NCBI RefSeq assembly: GCF_006345805.1
Contig: NC_043000.1
Span: forward strand, 62,186,001-62,250,000
Direction: 5' to 3'
From: Octopus sinensis
Lineage: Eukaryota
Length of the DNA stretch: 64,000 nucleotides
The stretch's first letter is position 1, and each line of letters starts with the position of its first letter. Made by a program: the position numbers and the translations under genes. Positions 42,440-55,074 of the stretch are shown in pieces. Below the pieces are notes generated by a model. That model was not told where the DNA came from. It made no database searches and saw nothing but the letters and a program-made list of their open reading frames with translations.

Positions 42440-42690
42440 TAGCAAGTGACCTGATCTGAGATCGTGTGCTGGAACGAAAACAATTGTAGCGTGGAAGGTG
42501 TTTATAAGCCATTTAAGAAACACACAAAACCGTTAGATTCACTTCAACATTTAAATTTAATTTGTCAAAATATTTTTGTCGCTTTGAGACCGCGACCTGT
42601 TCACTGACAAAATTCCGTGCAGCACGGAATCTAACGGTTTTTAGTGTGTTTCTTAAATGGCTTATAAACACCTTCCACACTGCAATTTTT
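42440..42690. mobile_element. Second copy of the 188-420 foldback; loop HHR (42561-42611, -) carries G12 to A
   Basis: High similarity to 188-420; arms AGCGTGGAAGGTGTTTATAAGCCATTTAAGAAACAC and reverse complement. Confidence 0.8.
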
Positions 42691-43439
42691 TTTTATTTTA
42701 ACAACAAGCAAAAGTGCATTGTTGACGAGACTGAGGAGAACAATATTTTCATGTAGGTTTTTGATATGTTCAAAAGCTTACGAGAGAGAATGCCAAGGGG
42801 AAACCACGAGAAAACAAATATTTTCCCGGAAAGAAAAATCTTTCTGATTACAGAGGGCATATTACCACCGCTATATCTATGTGGTAGCTTGATCTGCGAG
42901 AAATAACGACCAAATTTTCCACAATTCACGCTACAACTGAAAAGGCACTTGGAGAGTATAATCTAAAATGCATTGTCTTCGAATAAGACAGACTTCATAA
43001 AATGCCATTGATCATTGCTCTGTCAGATGAGGGCTCACTTTGGACTGAAAAATAACTGGAAGCTTTTATTAATACAACCTTGATATATAGACGAAGATGC
43101 ATTTATCCACTCGATTAAGTTGCTAAAAATGAAAATCAAGTCCCCCACAAAACTTACCACGCTGTATATCAAGCAAAATAAATCGGAAAATTTAGGTAGA
43201 GGTTACCCATTACCTGAGAAAATACCTGATGGTCACAGAGGAAATGGTTTTGACTATAATTTTACATAATCGGACTTATCTGGGACTAAGTATTACTAAC
43301 AAATAATTAAAGAAATTATTTTGTCAAACTGCGATATTTTACCAGCAACCATTTTAGACAAACAATTCAACGAATACTGAGAACATTTAGAATTCGAAAA
43401 TTTCTCTTGCCGCCTTGAAGTGCTTGTACTAATGAATTC

Positions 43440-43816
43440 AAATTTTGGCACAAGACCAGCAATTTTGAGGGAGGGGTAAGTCGATTACATCGAATCCAGT
43501 ACTCGACTGGTACTTATTTTATCGACCCCGAAGGATGAAATGCAAAGTCGACCTTGGCGGGTTTGAACTCATAACGTAATGACGGACGAAATACCTATTT
43601 CTTTACTACCCACAAGGGGCTAAACACAGAGAGGGGACAAATAAGGACAGACAAACGGATTAAGTCGATTATATCGACTGGTCCTTAATTTATCGACCCC
43701 GAAAGGATGAAAGGCAAAGTCGACCTCGGCGGAATTTGAACTCAAAACGTAGCGGCAGACGAAATACCGCTAAGCATTTCGCCCGGCGTGCTAACGTTTC
43801 TGCCAGCTCGCTGCCT
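43440..43816 (-). mobile_element. Dimeric SINE family B
   Basis: Same internal junction as the copies at 27.1 and 36.0 kb. Confidence 0.85.
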
Positions 43817-44740
43817 TTGGACGAAATACCGCTGAGTATTTTGTTGGGCGTGCTAAAATATTCTGCCAGCTGGCCATATTGAAGAACTTGTAATAACAGC
43901 ACGAATTTACAAACCAGTGACGATAATTCTATTTCCCATGAAAGGATGAGCAATATCGACTACATGGGATGACTAGATTTTTCTTTAGTTTTGTACATCC
44001 AAACATATAGATGCGTATATGTATGCATGAGTTAGCAAAACAAACAAGCACATGCACACACATACACAAAATACTCACTCTCTCTCTTTCTTACACACAC
44101 ACACACACACACACATACACACACACACATACAAAGAGACCGAGAAAGAGAGACAGACCTGGCAGAAAGACAGAGATAGTGAGAAAAAATGGACAGATGT
44201 AGTTTTACTTACGTATGTGTAAGAGTGTGTTTATGTGTGCGTTTGGGTGTGTTGATACGCTGTTTAAAGGGAATTCCTTTCCTCTTCTACGAATAAAAGC
44301 CATTATTCTAATACAAAGTTGTTTCCTACATCTCTATTCATAGGTGAGTCATCAGATTTCCTGTGTAACAAATAAGAAAATTTGCTGAAACATAAATAGC
44401 TCCAGTGAAATATCCCAGAACGTGTAGTGTTCTTGCATAATTAAATCTATTCCAGTCAATAGTTTCATTGAAGATGGAATCTGTCCGATTTTAGAACCAC
44501 CATCATTAAGTGGGATTATTATGAGTGAAGCTGAAACTATTTGGTGAGAGGCTTCGTGACGCAGTTGCCCGAAATGATTTAGCTACGCGACAAAATAATT
44601 TGACCGAATAACGCGGTACTGAAATGTGAGCAAATGTTCGCTCTATTGAATGAACACATAAATGTAGGTACACAGGCGTGTATATGTATAACCATATATA
44701 TATATATATACATACATAGATACATATATATATATATTAT

Positions 44741-44780
<40 letters not shown>

Positions 44781-44819
44781 ACACACACACACACCACGCA
44801 CATATATATATATATATAA

Positions 44820-45161
44820 AAATTAAGAAATAGACCCCAAAACAGGTGTTATTGAAATCATTTATACTTCCAACATATGTTTCGAAGAAAGCATTGATAT
44901 TATTCCAGAGGGAATAAAAATCATGTAAACAATGCAATCATCTCGTCAGGGGAAAAAAAGAGAAACAAAACGCATCAATAAGCCATTTTAACTGAAATGG
45001 CTTATTGTTGTGTTTTGTTTCTCTTTTTTCCATGACGAGATGATTGTATTGTTTTACATGATTTTTATTCCCTCCGGAATAATATCAATGCTTTCTTCGA
45101 AACATATGTTGGAAGTATAAATGATTTGAATAACACCTGCGTTTGAGTCCATTTCTCAATT
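44820..45161. mobile_element. ~340-bp foldback with outward-facing HHRs in both arms (44867-44956 -, 45027-45115 +)
   Basis: Arms 44820-44988 / 44995-45161; CTGACGA-G...C-GAAA-C ATAT G-TT-GGAAG on the left arm; ATGACGA (C3 to A) on the right arm. Confidence 0.75.
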
Positions 45162-45391
45162 TATCTAAATTATAAAAATATATTTCACTCACCCTGGAAT
45201 TTCTCCCTTTATAATATCCTTGACACTTATGTGAATTTTTGCTATCCTGGTAACTATTTATATATTTTTTCCATGTTATTTGTACACATTGAAAAAATAC
45301 ATATACATTTATATATATGTATATATATATATACGTTTAAATATTTGTTGTGCAAGATTTTTTATGTGAAGTCGTGTGTTGAAACAGATAT

Positions 45392-45801
45392 TGTTATATT
45401 TCGGAATGGTCATATTGCCAGTTTAGCCAATAAAAACACACGCACTATATATTTGGTGTTATTTTGAACATATATAAACAGAAGATACAAATATTACAGG
45501 CATCTCCCCACATACACACACTAAATAAACATAGACGCACATAGAGATATAAGCATGCAAAAATGAAGACATACAATACAAATACAAAATGGCTGACGGT
45601 TAGTAAGGAGAGACACAAATAAGAAAGAAGAAAACAAAGGACCACTGATGCGGTCACAGGAGTGTGACAAAAGAACTCTGGCCGAAATAAGATTAAGATT
45701 AATGTAAAAATTAAATAGCACTGAAGCAAAATAACACTAAATATATAGTGCGTCTGTTTTTATTGGCTAAACTGGCAATATGACCATTCCGAAATATAAC
45801 A
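45392..45801. repeat. Foldback with ~75-bp arms (45392-45466 / 45727-45801); decayed HHR-like motif in loop (45645-45690)
   Basis: TGTTATATTTCGGAATGGTCATATTGCCAGTTTAGCCAATAAAAAC and reverse complement; CTGATGC-GGTC...GGCC-GAAA; short third copy at 26617-26642. Confidence 0.65.
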
Positions 45802-45834
45802 TATATATATACTATATATATATATATAATATAT

Positions 45835-45865
<31 letters not shown>

Positions 45866-45894
45866 TATAATATATATATATATATTATAGTAGC

Positions 45895-48202
45895 TAAGCA
45901 ATAAGGTTTAGCAACGAATTGCCTTACCACATACCGAATTTAGAAATAGCAGTCAAAGAGTTATAGCTATTTCTTCTACTAAAAAGGGAGATCTCAGTAA
46001 AAACAGCAATTGGAAGGCAGACACAAACAGGTAGAGAGAATGAATTGACGGCAATCTATCATACAATTTTAAGTTATCTACGGACGTACGTTTCGAAATC
46101 AAGTCTTTAGGAAAGCATAAGAATTAAATATTAAATAATTCTATCTTACCAAAAACTTCTTTTCTCTTCAGCGTAGAATACTATAATCAAAATAATTATA
46201 TATTGAATTTTGAGATACTAGAAGGCACCAACTCAACTCAGTATCAGAGCGAGCTAGAATCCGCCGCAACTAGTATCACCAAATTCAATGCGTGAATGAA
46301 AAGATTGTGTCACCAGCCCCTTCCCACCCGCGTGTAGCCAAAACAAGATGCTGTGGTCATCTACTGAGATAAAATATGGTTATCCGTAATAATGAAGGTG
46401 TGAAATTAATTAATTTGGAATAATTATCAATTACACCAAGTAGTCTTCGGCATGTAAAAGCCTCATTCGAGGAAAATTTAAGTAATACTAAGCAATAAAG
46501 GGTTTAGCAACGAATTGCCTTACCACATTCCGAATTTAGAAATAGCAGTCAAAGAATTATAGCTATTTCTTCTACTAAAAAGGGAGATAGCAATTGGAAG
46601 GCAGACACAAACAGGTAAGAGAGAATGAATTGACGGCAATCTATCATACAATTTTAAGTTATCTACGGACGTACGTTTCGAAATCAAGTCTTTAGGAAAG
46701 CATAAGAATTAATATTAAATAATTCTATCTTACCAAAAACTTCTTTTCTCTTCAGCGTAGAATACTATAATCATAAATGATTATATATTGAATTTTGAGA
46801 TACTAGAAGGCACCAACTCAACTCAGTATCAGAGCGAGCTAGAATCCGCAACTAGTATCACCAAATTCAATGCGTGAATGAAAAGATTGTGTCACCAGCC
46901 CCATCCCCCGCGTGTAGCCAAAACAAGATGCTGTGGTCATCTACTGAGATAAAATATGGTTATCCGTAATAATGAAGGGTGAAATTAATTAATTTGGAAT
47001 AATTATCAATTACACCAAGTAGTCTTCGGCATGTAAAAGCCTCATTCGAGGAAAATTTAAGTAATACTAAGCAATAAAGGGTTTAGCAACGAATTGCCTT
47101 ACCACATTCCGAATTTAGAAATAGCAGTCAAAGAATTATAGCTATTTCTTCTACTAAAAAGGGAGATAGCAATTGGAAGGCAGACACAAACAGGTAAGAG
47201 AGAATGAATTGACGGCAATCTATCATACAATTTTAAGTTATCTACGGACGTACGTTTCGAAATCAAGTCTTTAGGAAAGCATAAGAATTAAATATTAAAT
47301 AATTCTATCTTACCAAAAACTTCTTTTCTCTTCAGCGTAGAATACTATAATCATAAATGATTATATATTGAATTTTGAGATACTAGAAGGCACCAACTCA
47401 ACTCAGTATCAGAGCGAGCTAGAATCCGCAACTAGTATCACCAAATTCAATGCGTGAATGAAAAGATTGTGTCACCAGCCCCATCCCACCCGCGTGTAGC
47501 CAAAACAAGATGCTGTGGTCATCTACTGAGATAAAATATGGTTATCCGTGTAATATGGTGTAATTGATAATTATTCCAAATTAATTAATTTCACCCTTCA
47601 TTATTACGGATAACCATATTTTATCTCAGTAGATGACCACAGCATCTTGTTTTGGCTACACGCGGGTGGGAAGGGGCTGGTGACACAATCTTTTCATTCA
47701 CGCATTGAATTTGGTGATACTAGTTGCGGATTCTAGCTCGCTCTGATACTGAGTTGAGTTGGGCCTTCTAGTATCTCAAAATTCAATATATAATCATTAT
47801 GATTATAGTATTCTACGCTGAAGAGAAAAGAAGTTTTTGGTAAGATAGAATTATTTAATATTTAATTCTTATGCTTTCCTAAAGACTTGATTTCGAAACG
47901 TACGTCCGTAGATAACTTAAAATTGTATGATAGATTGCCGTCAATTCATTCTCTCTTACCTGTTTGTGTCTGCCTTCCAATTGCTGTTTTTACTGAGATC
48001 TCCCTTTTTAGTAGAAGAAATAGCTATAACTCTTTGACTGCTATTTCTAAATTCGGTATGTGGTAAGGCAATTCGTTGCTAAACCCTTTATTGCTTAGTA
48101 TTACTTAAATTTTCCTCGAATGAGGCTTTTACATGCCGAAGACTACTTGGTGTATTGATGATTATTCCAAATTAATTAATTTCACCCTTCATTATTACGG
48201 AT
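45895..48202. repeat. (TA)n-flanked array: ~2.8 direct units of 579-594 bp, then ~1.1 inverted units
   Basis: Units start at 45895, 46489 and 47068; orientation flips at ~47549. Confidence 0.9.
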
Positions 48203-48219
48203 ATATATAGTATATATAG

Positions 48220-48266
<47 letters not shown>

Positions 48267-48446
48267 ATATATATATAATATATATATATATATATCTGTG
48301 TGTGTATCTATGTATGTATGTATGGATATGCAAGTAGTACATATATGAATATATGTAAGCATGCATTACGTACACCTATGTATTTATACACACATATATG
48401 TATATACATATGTAATGTACATGTATATGCATGTGTGTGTGTGTGT

Positions 48447-49360
48447 GTTAAAGAAAATGAGACATCAAAGCCAAGTCTGTGTGGAATTTTCAGGACGTCT
48501 ATAAAAAGTTAGTCATACAAGTGTTTCTGGGATATTAGGGATATCAGAGACGATGTGAAATGGTTAAATAGAGGAACATATTAGACTTCAATATAAGGAG
48601 TTATTTTGGAAAAGGAAGCTTATAAAGAGTGTATAGGGAAATAGGAGAATGAATGTAGAAATAAAAATAAAAATATATAAAGATGTTATTAGCTGCAGTT
48701 CCATTATCCAAGGAAAGCGGTGTGTAGAAGAGGTAGAATTGTTTCTTGTCCGTGGTACCTAATTTCCATTAGGGGTTCATATTATGTCATCACAAATGGA
48801 AAGTGTGGAGATGTGGATTCCATATGCTGTTCATTGATAGAGTCTTGTGGTGTGATTGAAAAGTTGAGAATATAGAGCTAGTATTATGTGGATAGAGAAG
48901 GGAGAAGAGATGTGTATGTTAAAATGCAGAGAGAGAGGTGAAAGGAAAAGGTGAGAAAAGAAGGAAAGAAATGGGAAGAGAAAATGAAAATAAGAAGAGA
49001 AAATGTGAAAAAGTGTAAGAAGGGGAAAAATGAGAAAAAAGGAGTGTTAGCTGGTGGTCAAGATTTTATGAGTGGGGTAGGAAGAAATAAGAATGTAAGT
49101 AATGAATATATGTGAGGTGGGACATACATCCGCATACGTACGCATATACATGTCCTTATTTGCTTCCTTTTCCAAAATAACTCCTTATGTTGAACTATAT
49201 TTAACCATTTTCCTTTAGTTAACCATTTGACATCGTCTCTGAAGAAGGGGTATCCTTAATATCCCTGTAAGCAGCTGTAAGACTAACTTTCTCTATATAA
49301 ATTTCCTGACAATCCCACACAGCCTTGGCTTTGTTGTCTCATTTTATTTAACGTATACAT
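48447..49360. mobile_element. Non-coding PLE-derived foldback (~190-bp arms), HHR remnant in each arm (48512-48550 -, 49235-49283 +)
   Basis: Arms 48447-48620 / 49160-49360; body homologous to 60340-61100 and to 62180-62215. Confidence 0.7.
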
Positions 49361-49436
49361 GCTCATACAAGACCCGCATTAGACTCCTCACTCGTATCAT
49401 TATCGAACCGAGAGTTTACCCACGGACTTTATTCTT

Positions 49437-49745
49437 TTACTCGTTTCAGTCATTTGACTGCGGCCATGCTGGATCACCGCTCGAAAGGCTGTTGGTGGAA
49501 GAAATTGTTCTCAGGACCTATTCTTTGTAAGCCTAGTGCTTATTCTATAGGTCACTAAGTTACCGGGACATAAACACCCCAGCATCGGTTGTCAAGCGAT
49601 GGCGGGCGGACAAACACACACAAACACACGCAACCAGCTTCTTCCAGTTTCCGTCCACCAATTCCACTCACAAGGCTAACCCAAGGTGCCACGCAGTGGG
49701 ACTGAACTCGGAACCATGTGGTTGGGAAGCAAGCTTCTTACCACA
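49437..49745 (-). mobile_element. SINE family A, internally deleted
   Basis: Family consensus match. Confidence 0.8.
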
Positions 49746-49818
49746 CATATATACATATATACATATGTATATATGTATGCATGTATATATGTACATATAT
49801 ACATATGTATATATATAT

Positions 49819-49905
<87 letters not shown>

Positions 49906-50762
49906 GTATATATACATATATACATATGTATATATACGTACATATATATACGTATATGTGTATATAGATATGCCTGTATGTACGTATAAATGGGGTGAAT
50001 GTGTTTATGTATCTTTAGGTGTGTGTATAGGATTCTGTGTGTGGGCGCAAACGTGAGCTGGATCTGTGGCTAATTGGCCTCAGATAGTTATAACGATTTC
50101 AGTTTTGGCACAATGCCAGCAATTTAAGGGGAGTGGCTAATTCGCTTACATGGACCCCAGTGACCAACAGTACTTACTTTATCGACCGTGAAACGATGAA
50201 AGGTACAACCGACTTCGGCGAAATTTGAACTCAACGTTGACGGACGAAATACAGCTAAGCATTTACCATGACGTACGGACGATCATACCAGCTCACCGGC
50301 TTTTGGCGGTGTACTTTCCAGCATTTATTCCGGTTACTTCACTCCAAGTTCAATTACCGCCAAGGTCAATATCAACTTTAATCGTTTTGGAGTCAACAAA
50401 TCCTTGCCCATGTCGGTGATGATTCAAAATTCTTTCTTAGAACAAAGGATGGTTAAATATTACGGTTCTTACTTCAACTCTTGCGGTGACACTGATGTGA
50501 AGCTGAACAGACTTAGAATTTCGCTTAGATAAAATGGATACTAGAAAAGGGGTAACTGTATATTATGGTAAAAAAAAAAAATTGAAAATATAAATTAGAC
50601 TTGCCCGGTCTCTCTTGTGGAGAACTTTCCAGAAAAAGCTGCCTGATCTGACGAAACATACGGATACGAGATCACAAGCACGTGTATGTGTGTTGTGTGT
50701 GTGTGTGTGTGTGCTTGCACACGCGATAAATTTGTTACTTATTATTTATAAATTTGTACTTA

Positions 50763-50905
50763 TATTCTATGGGACCCTTTTGCCGAACCGCTAAGTTACA
50801 GGAACGTAAACACATCAACACCGGTTGTCAAGCGATGGTGGGGGACAAGCGCGAACACAAAGACATATACACATAAATACACACACACACACATACATAC
50901 ATATA

Positions 50906-50955
<50 letters not shown>

Positions 50956-52234
50956 AAGCAAATAAAAGGGCTAGCAGCAGGCTGCTTCGCTCATACCGAA
51001 GGAATAGAAAATGGCAGTCAAAGACTGTTTTTTCCATTTTCTGCAAGTGGAGATTCCAAAAAACGAAGGCCCGTGCGGCTCACATACCCAAACCGGAGTA
51101 GCAAATAGACGCAAACAGTCACTTACCGTTAATAACGAACATGTTTCTGGATCACAAACTGGTAAAGTAAAGTTTGATTTCCTTCTTCGGCGCTATATTC
51201 GATAGATTTACCAAATGCCACAGGCCCTCACTTCTGACCCAGCGACATCAGATAGTGGGGGGAAGTGTGCAGATGTTAAAACTAAGTAATGACTGGGAAC
51301 GTAAATTTTCCCTCCCAGATTCTGCCATGCGCGCCTTCTGGGTAATCGTAATGGAATAAGGGATCCACATGGTAATGCAATAAAAATGGTAAATAATTTT
51401 TCTGTGGTTTTTCATGTACCAACATTTTACCGGTAAATTTCGGTATGTAAATACGACAAATTCATCGTCAGGAACTTTGTAAGGTTCAGTATATAGTAAA
51501 GCAAATAAAAGGGCTAGCAGCAGGCTGCTTCGCCTCATACCGAAGGAATTAGAAATGGCAGTCAAAGACTGTTTTTTCCATTTTCTGTAAGTGGAGATTC
51601 CAAAAACGAAGGTTTTTGTTGGTTACATGAAAAACCACAGAAAAATTATTTACCATTTTTATTGCATTACCATGTGGATCCCTTATTCCATTACGATTAC
51701 CCAGAAGGCGCGCATGGCAGAATTTTGGAGGGAAAATTTACGTTCCCAGTCATTACTTAGTTTTAACATCTGCACACTTCCCCCCACTATCTGATGTCGC
51801 TGGGTCAGAAGTGAGGGCCTGTGGCATTTGGTAAATCTATCGAATATAGCGCCGAAGAAGGAAATCAAACTACTTTTCCAAGTTTGTGATCCAGAAACAT
51901 GTTCGTTATTAACGGTAAGTGACTGTTTGCGTCTATTTGCTACTCCGGTTTTGGGTATGTGAGCCGCACGGGCCTTCGTTTTTGGAATCTCCACTTGCAG
52001 AAAATGGAAAAAACAGTCTTTGACTGCCATTCCTAATTCCTTCGGTATGAGGCGAAGCAGCCTGCTGCTAGCCCTTTTATTTGCTTTACTATATACTGAA
52101 CCTTACAAAGTTCCTGACGATGAATTTGTCGTATTTACATACCGAAATTTACCGGTAAATAATTGTTGGTTACATAAAAACCACAGAAAAATTATTTACC
52201 ATTTTTATTGCATTATTTTATATATATATATAAT

Positions 52235-52309
<75 letters not shown>

Positions 52310-52468
52310 GACAGCTTCTTTCAGTTTCCGTCTACCAAATCTCACAAGGCTTTGGCCAGCCCGAGACTATAGTAGAACACACCTACCCAAGGTGACGCGC
52401 CGGGGCACTGAACCCGGAACCATGTGGTTGGTAGTCAAGCTTCTTACCACACCGCCACGCCTGCGCCT
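50763..52468 (-). mobile_element. SINE family A split at its central (TA)n (halves about 50763-50900 and 52308-52468)
   Basis: The halves are colinear and rejoin into one SINE if 50951-52217 is removed. Confidence 0.8.
50951..52217. repeat. (TA)n-flanked array: ~1.2 direct units of ~540 bp plus ~1.2 inverted units; CTGACGA...GAAA HHR-like motif at the unit junction
   Basis: Units start at 50951 and ~51491; flip at ~51613. Confidence 0.88.
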
Positions 52469-53049
52469 ATATACGCATATATTGAGCATTCTCTTGCCGT
52501 AGACAAGAAGTAACCTTTATGCAATGCCTTGCTGAACAACGTACACAAATAATTTATTCATCGTAATAAAATATTCGTGTCGTTCATTAGATCCCACCTT
52601 CCAATATATCGACATTGCCTAATTTGATGCACGATGAAGTGACTGGAGAGCAACGTGAGATAAGGTATTCTGCTCATGAACAACATAGCATCTCACGGGA
52701 AATCATGATCTCACGATTGCGAGTGCAACACTCTAACCCCTAGGCCACGCTTATATGCGTGCGTATGCCTATGTATGTGTGTGTGCGTGCATGTGTGTTT
52801 GGGCGTGTACATGTGCACAATATACATATATATATATATAAACCTCGGATTACGATACCTTTATACATAAATATAAGAGAGCAACGACCTAGACCACATG
52901 GTGGTTCCTCTCTTATATTTATGTATATATATATATATATAATATATTATATATAGAATATATATATGGGGGTGTGTGATGTGTATAGAAGAATTATAAT
53001 AAAAACATTCCAACCGGTTGATTTTCACGTTTATTTACAATCTTATAAT

Positions 53050-54480
53050 GATATATTATAAGATAATATATTATAATTGAATAAAATAAATGAAATTCGT
53101 ACATGTTAAATATTTCATCTGATGAACTAGTACTTCATGTCTGAATTCGCAATCTGCGGGTTTCATTGTAGTAGTGTTGACAGTCAGGCTTCACAATTTT
53201 TGACTGTGCAAGATGATTGATTCTGTGCTATAATCCAGCTGGTAGGCTCCAGAGTGCTAGGTTTGCAAACTGTATTCTGACCAATCAGTGTGTAGTATCA
53301 CTCATTCTTAAGATGATTGGTTGGTTGATCTATTGGTTTAGGCATCACGCTTTGTTGGAAATGTCAAGAGTCCTGTATCTTGACCCTGGCGAAAAGCAGC
53401 AATTGTTGGGTTCTTTTTAGAAATGGTTGTAAATATCCTTTGTCAGAGTTTTTTTATATTTTATATTTCAATTGTCATCATCATCATTGTCAGACCTTAA
53501 TTATGTTGCTAGTGGTGATGGTGGTGGCAATAGAACTTTTAACCCTAAATAGATATAATTTCCTGCTATCTTCGTCTGATCACCTTAGTATTGTTGTTTT
53601 GTTAGTGGTCATGGTCGTAGCAGTGGAAGTAATACCCTCTAAGTATTATTATTATTATTATTGCTTATTTAGCTTGGGTTCGAAATTTATCAAAAAAAAT
53701 CTTTTCTCTGATTTTCCTCTCGATTTCACTTGGGCTGTGTAATTTTGTAGATGGAAATATTATATAGATATTTTCCGACCACATGTTGCTAGGTGGTACT
53801 CAAGGTATCTGACGGACCTCTGGGTCTCTAATCGTTGCCGGTGTACCGTGAGCGTTCTAATAGTTCGCGTTTTCCCGTCTGACCTACATATTTTTCTTCA
53901 AAATTTGGGCATTTGATGCAGAAGTAAATTAAATTTCTGCTTTTGCAGTTCATATCGCGTTTGTGAATATTTTCCCGGTTTTTGTGTTTATATATTGACC
54001 GTTATGTATGAATTGGCATGTGCCACATCGGCTATCATTGCATTAGATAGCCGTGAATGTTTGGTCTGTGGTGCTGAGGTCAAATTTTGCCTTGTTTAGT
54101 AATGTTTTCAAGTTTTTGGCTGTCTTTTACTAAGCACCATAGCTCGATCCGTGATTATGTCTTTTAATTCTTACTTTGGGCAATGATGTGGAGGTTGCTT
54201 TGGCATGTTGAAGATATTCTGGGACATGGGTTGTGTGTCACTATGATGGTATGACTTGTTCTGTTTTCCTCTTCCTGGGTGTCCTAAGTTGTTGTATAGG
54301 TATTTTTATAGCCCGCTGTATGCCATTTTCTATAAGTAGAGATGGGATTTTTTGTTTGAGCAAAAATTCTCTTAGTTCTATTAGGCGTTTGTTCCTGATA
54401 TTGCATCTTCTACAATAGTACAAATTCTTCTGGCTAGGCAGTATGGGATGTTACGTTTTGTATGTTGGGGATGGCACGAC
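53050..54480 (-). pseudogene. Penelope-like element: RT thumb and GIY-YIG endonuclease (ORF end ~53669) plus 3' UTR
   Basis: RNKRLIELREFLLKQKIPSLLIENGIQRAIKIPIQQLR; KRQPKNLKTLLNKAKF; C.DSRCGTC; MNCKSRNLIYFCIKCPNFEEKYVGQTG; IFP.TK..RKIREK.FFDKF. Confidence 0.9.
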
Positions 54481-54656
54481 TTAAAATTTAGGTATGATGT
54501 GGTCTGTTGTTATAGTATATATCTGTGTGATGGTGAGTGTCTTTTTTAAGTATATATATATCACTGTTGTGTCCGGGGATAGTCATTTTGTATATGTGCC
54601 TTATAATGTAACACACTCACCGGTAAAATTTCCACTTATTTCTTATTTTCATTACC

Positions 54657-54693
54657 CTAAAATTTTCGTTGCGTCTTGCAACCTTTTCAATAG
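54657..54693 (-). ncRNA. Minimal HHR motif, U3-A8 variant with extra G after A9
   Basis: CTA-TTGAAAA-G-GTTGC AAGAC GCAAC-GAAA-ATTT-TAG; lies between inverted arms ~54550-54608 / ~54832-54870. Confidence 0.55.
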
Positions 54694-55074
54694 TCTTGAC
54701 TCTGTCCGTTATTTACACTGCGTTCCCATTTGTTTGTTTGTACGCATGTTTGTGGGTGTGTGTGTGTGTGTGTGTGTGTGTGTCTATACATGCATGCATG
54801 TACGTATGTATGTGTGTGTTTGCATGTGTTTACATTATAAGGCACAAAAAGAAAATTACTCTCCCCAGACACAACAGAATATGCTTCAACACACGAACTC
54901 ATGTAAAGAACCTTGCAAATCAAATCCCCAAACGAAATATATACATATATATATATATATACATATATATATACATATATATATATATGCATATATATAC
55001 ATATACATATATATATATACATATATATATATATACAATATATATATAATATATATAAATAATGTTATCGCCAT

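Noticed and set aside
44305-44360. CTGATGA...GAAAC..GTA on the minus strand
   Set aside because: Stems I and II do not pair convincingly
45895-52217. Tandem arrays as CRISPR or prophage features
   Set aside because: The units are 540-590 bp with no unique spacers, and the context is eukaryotic
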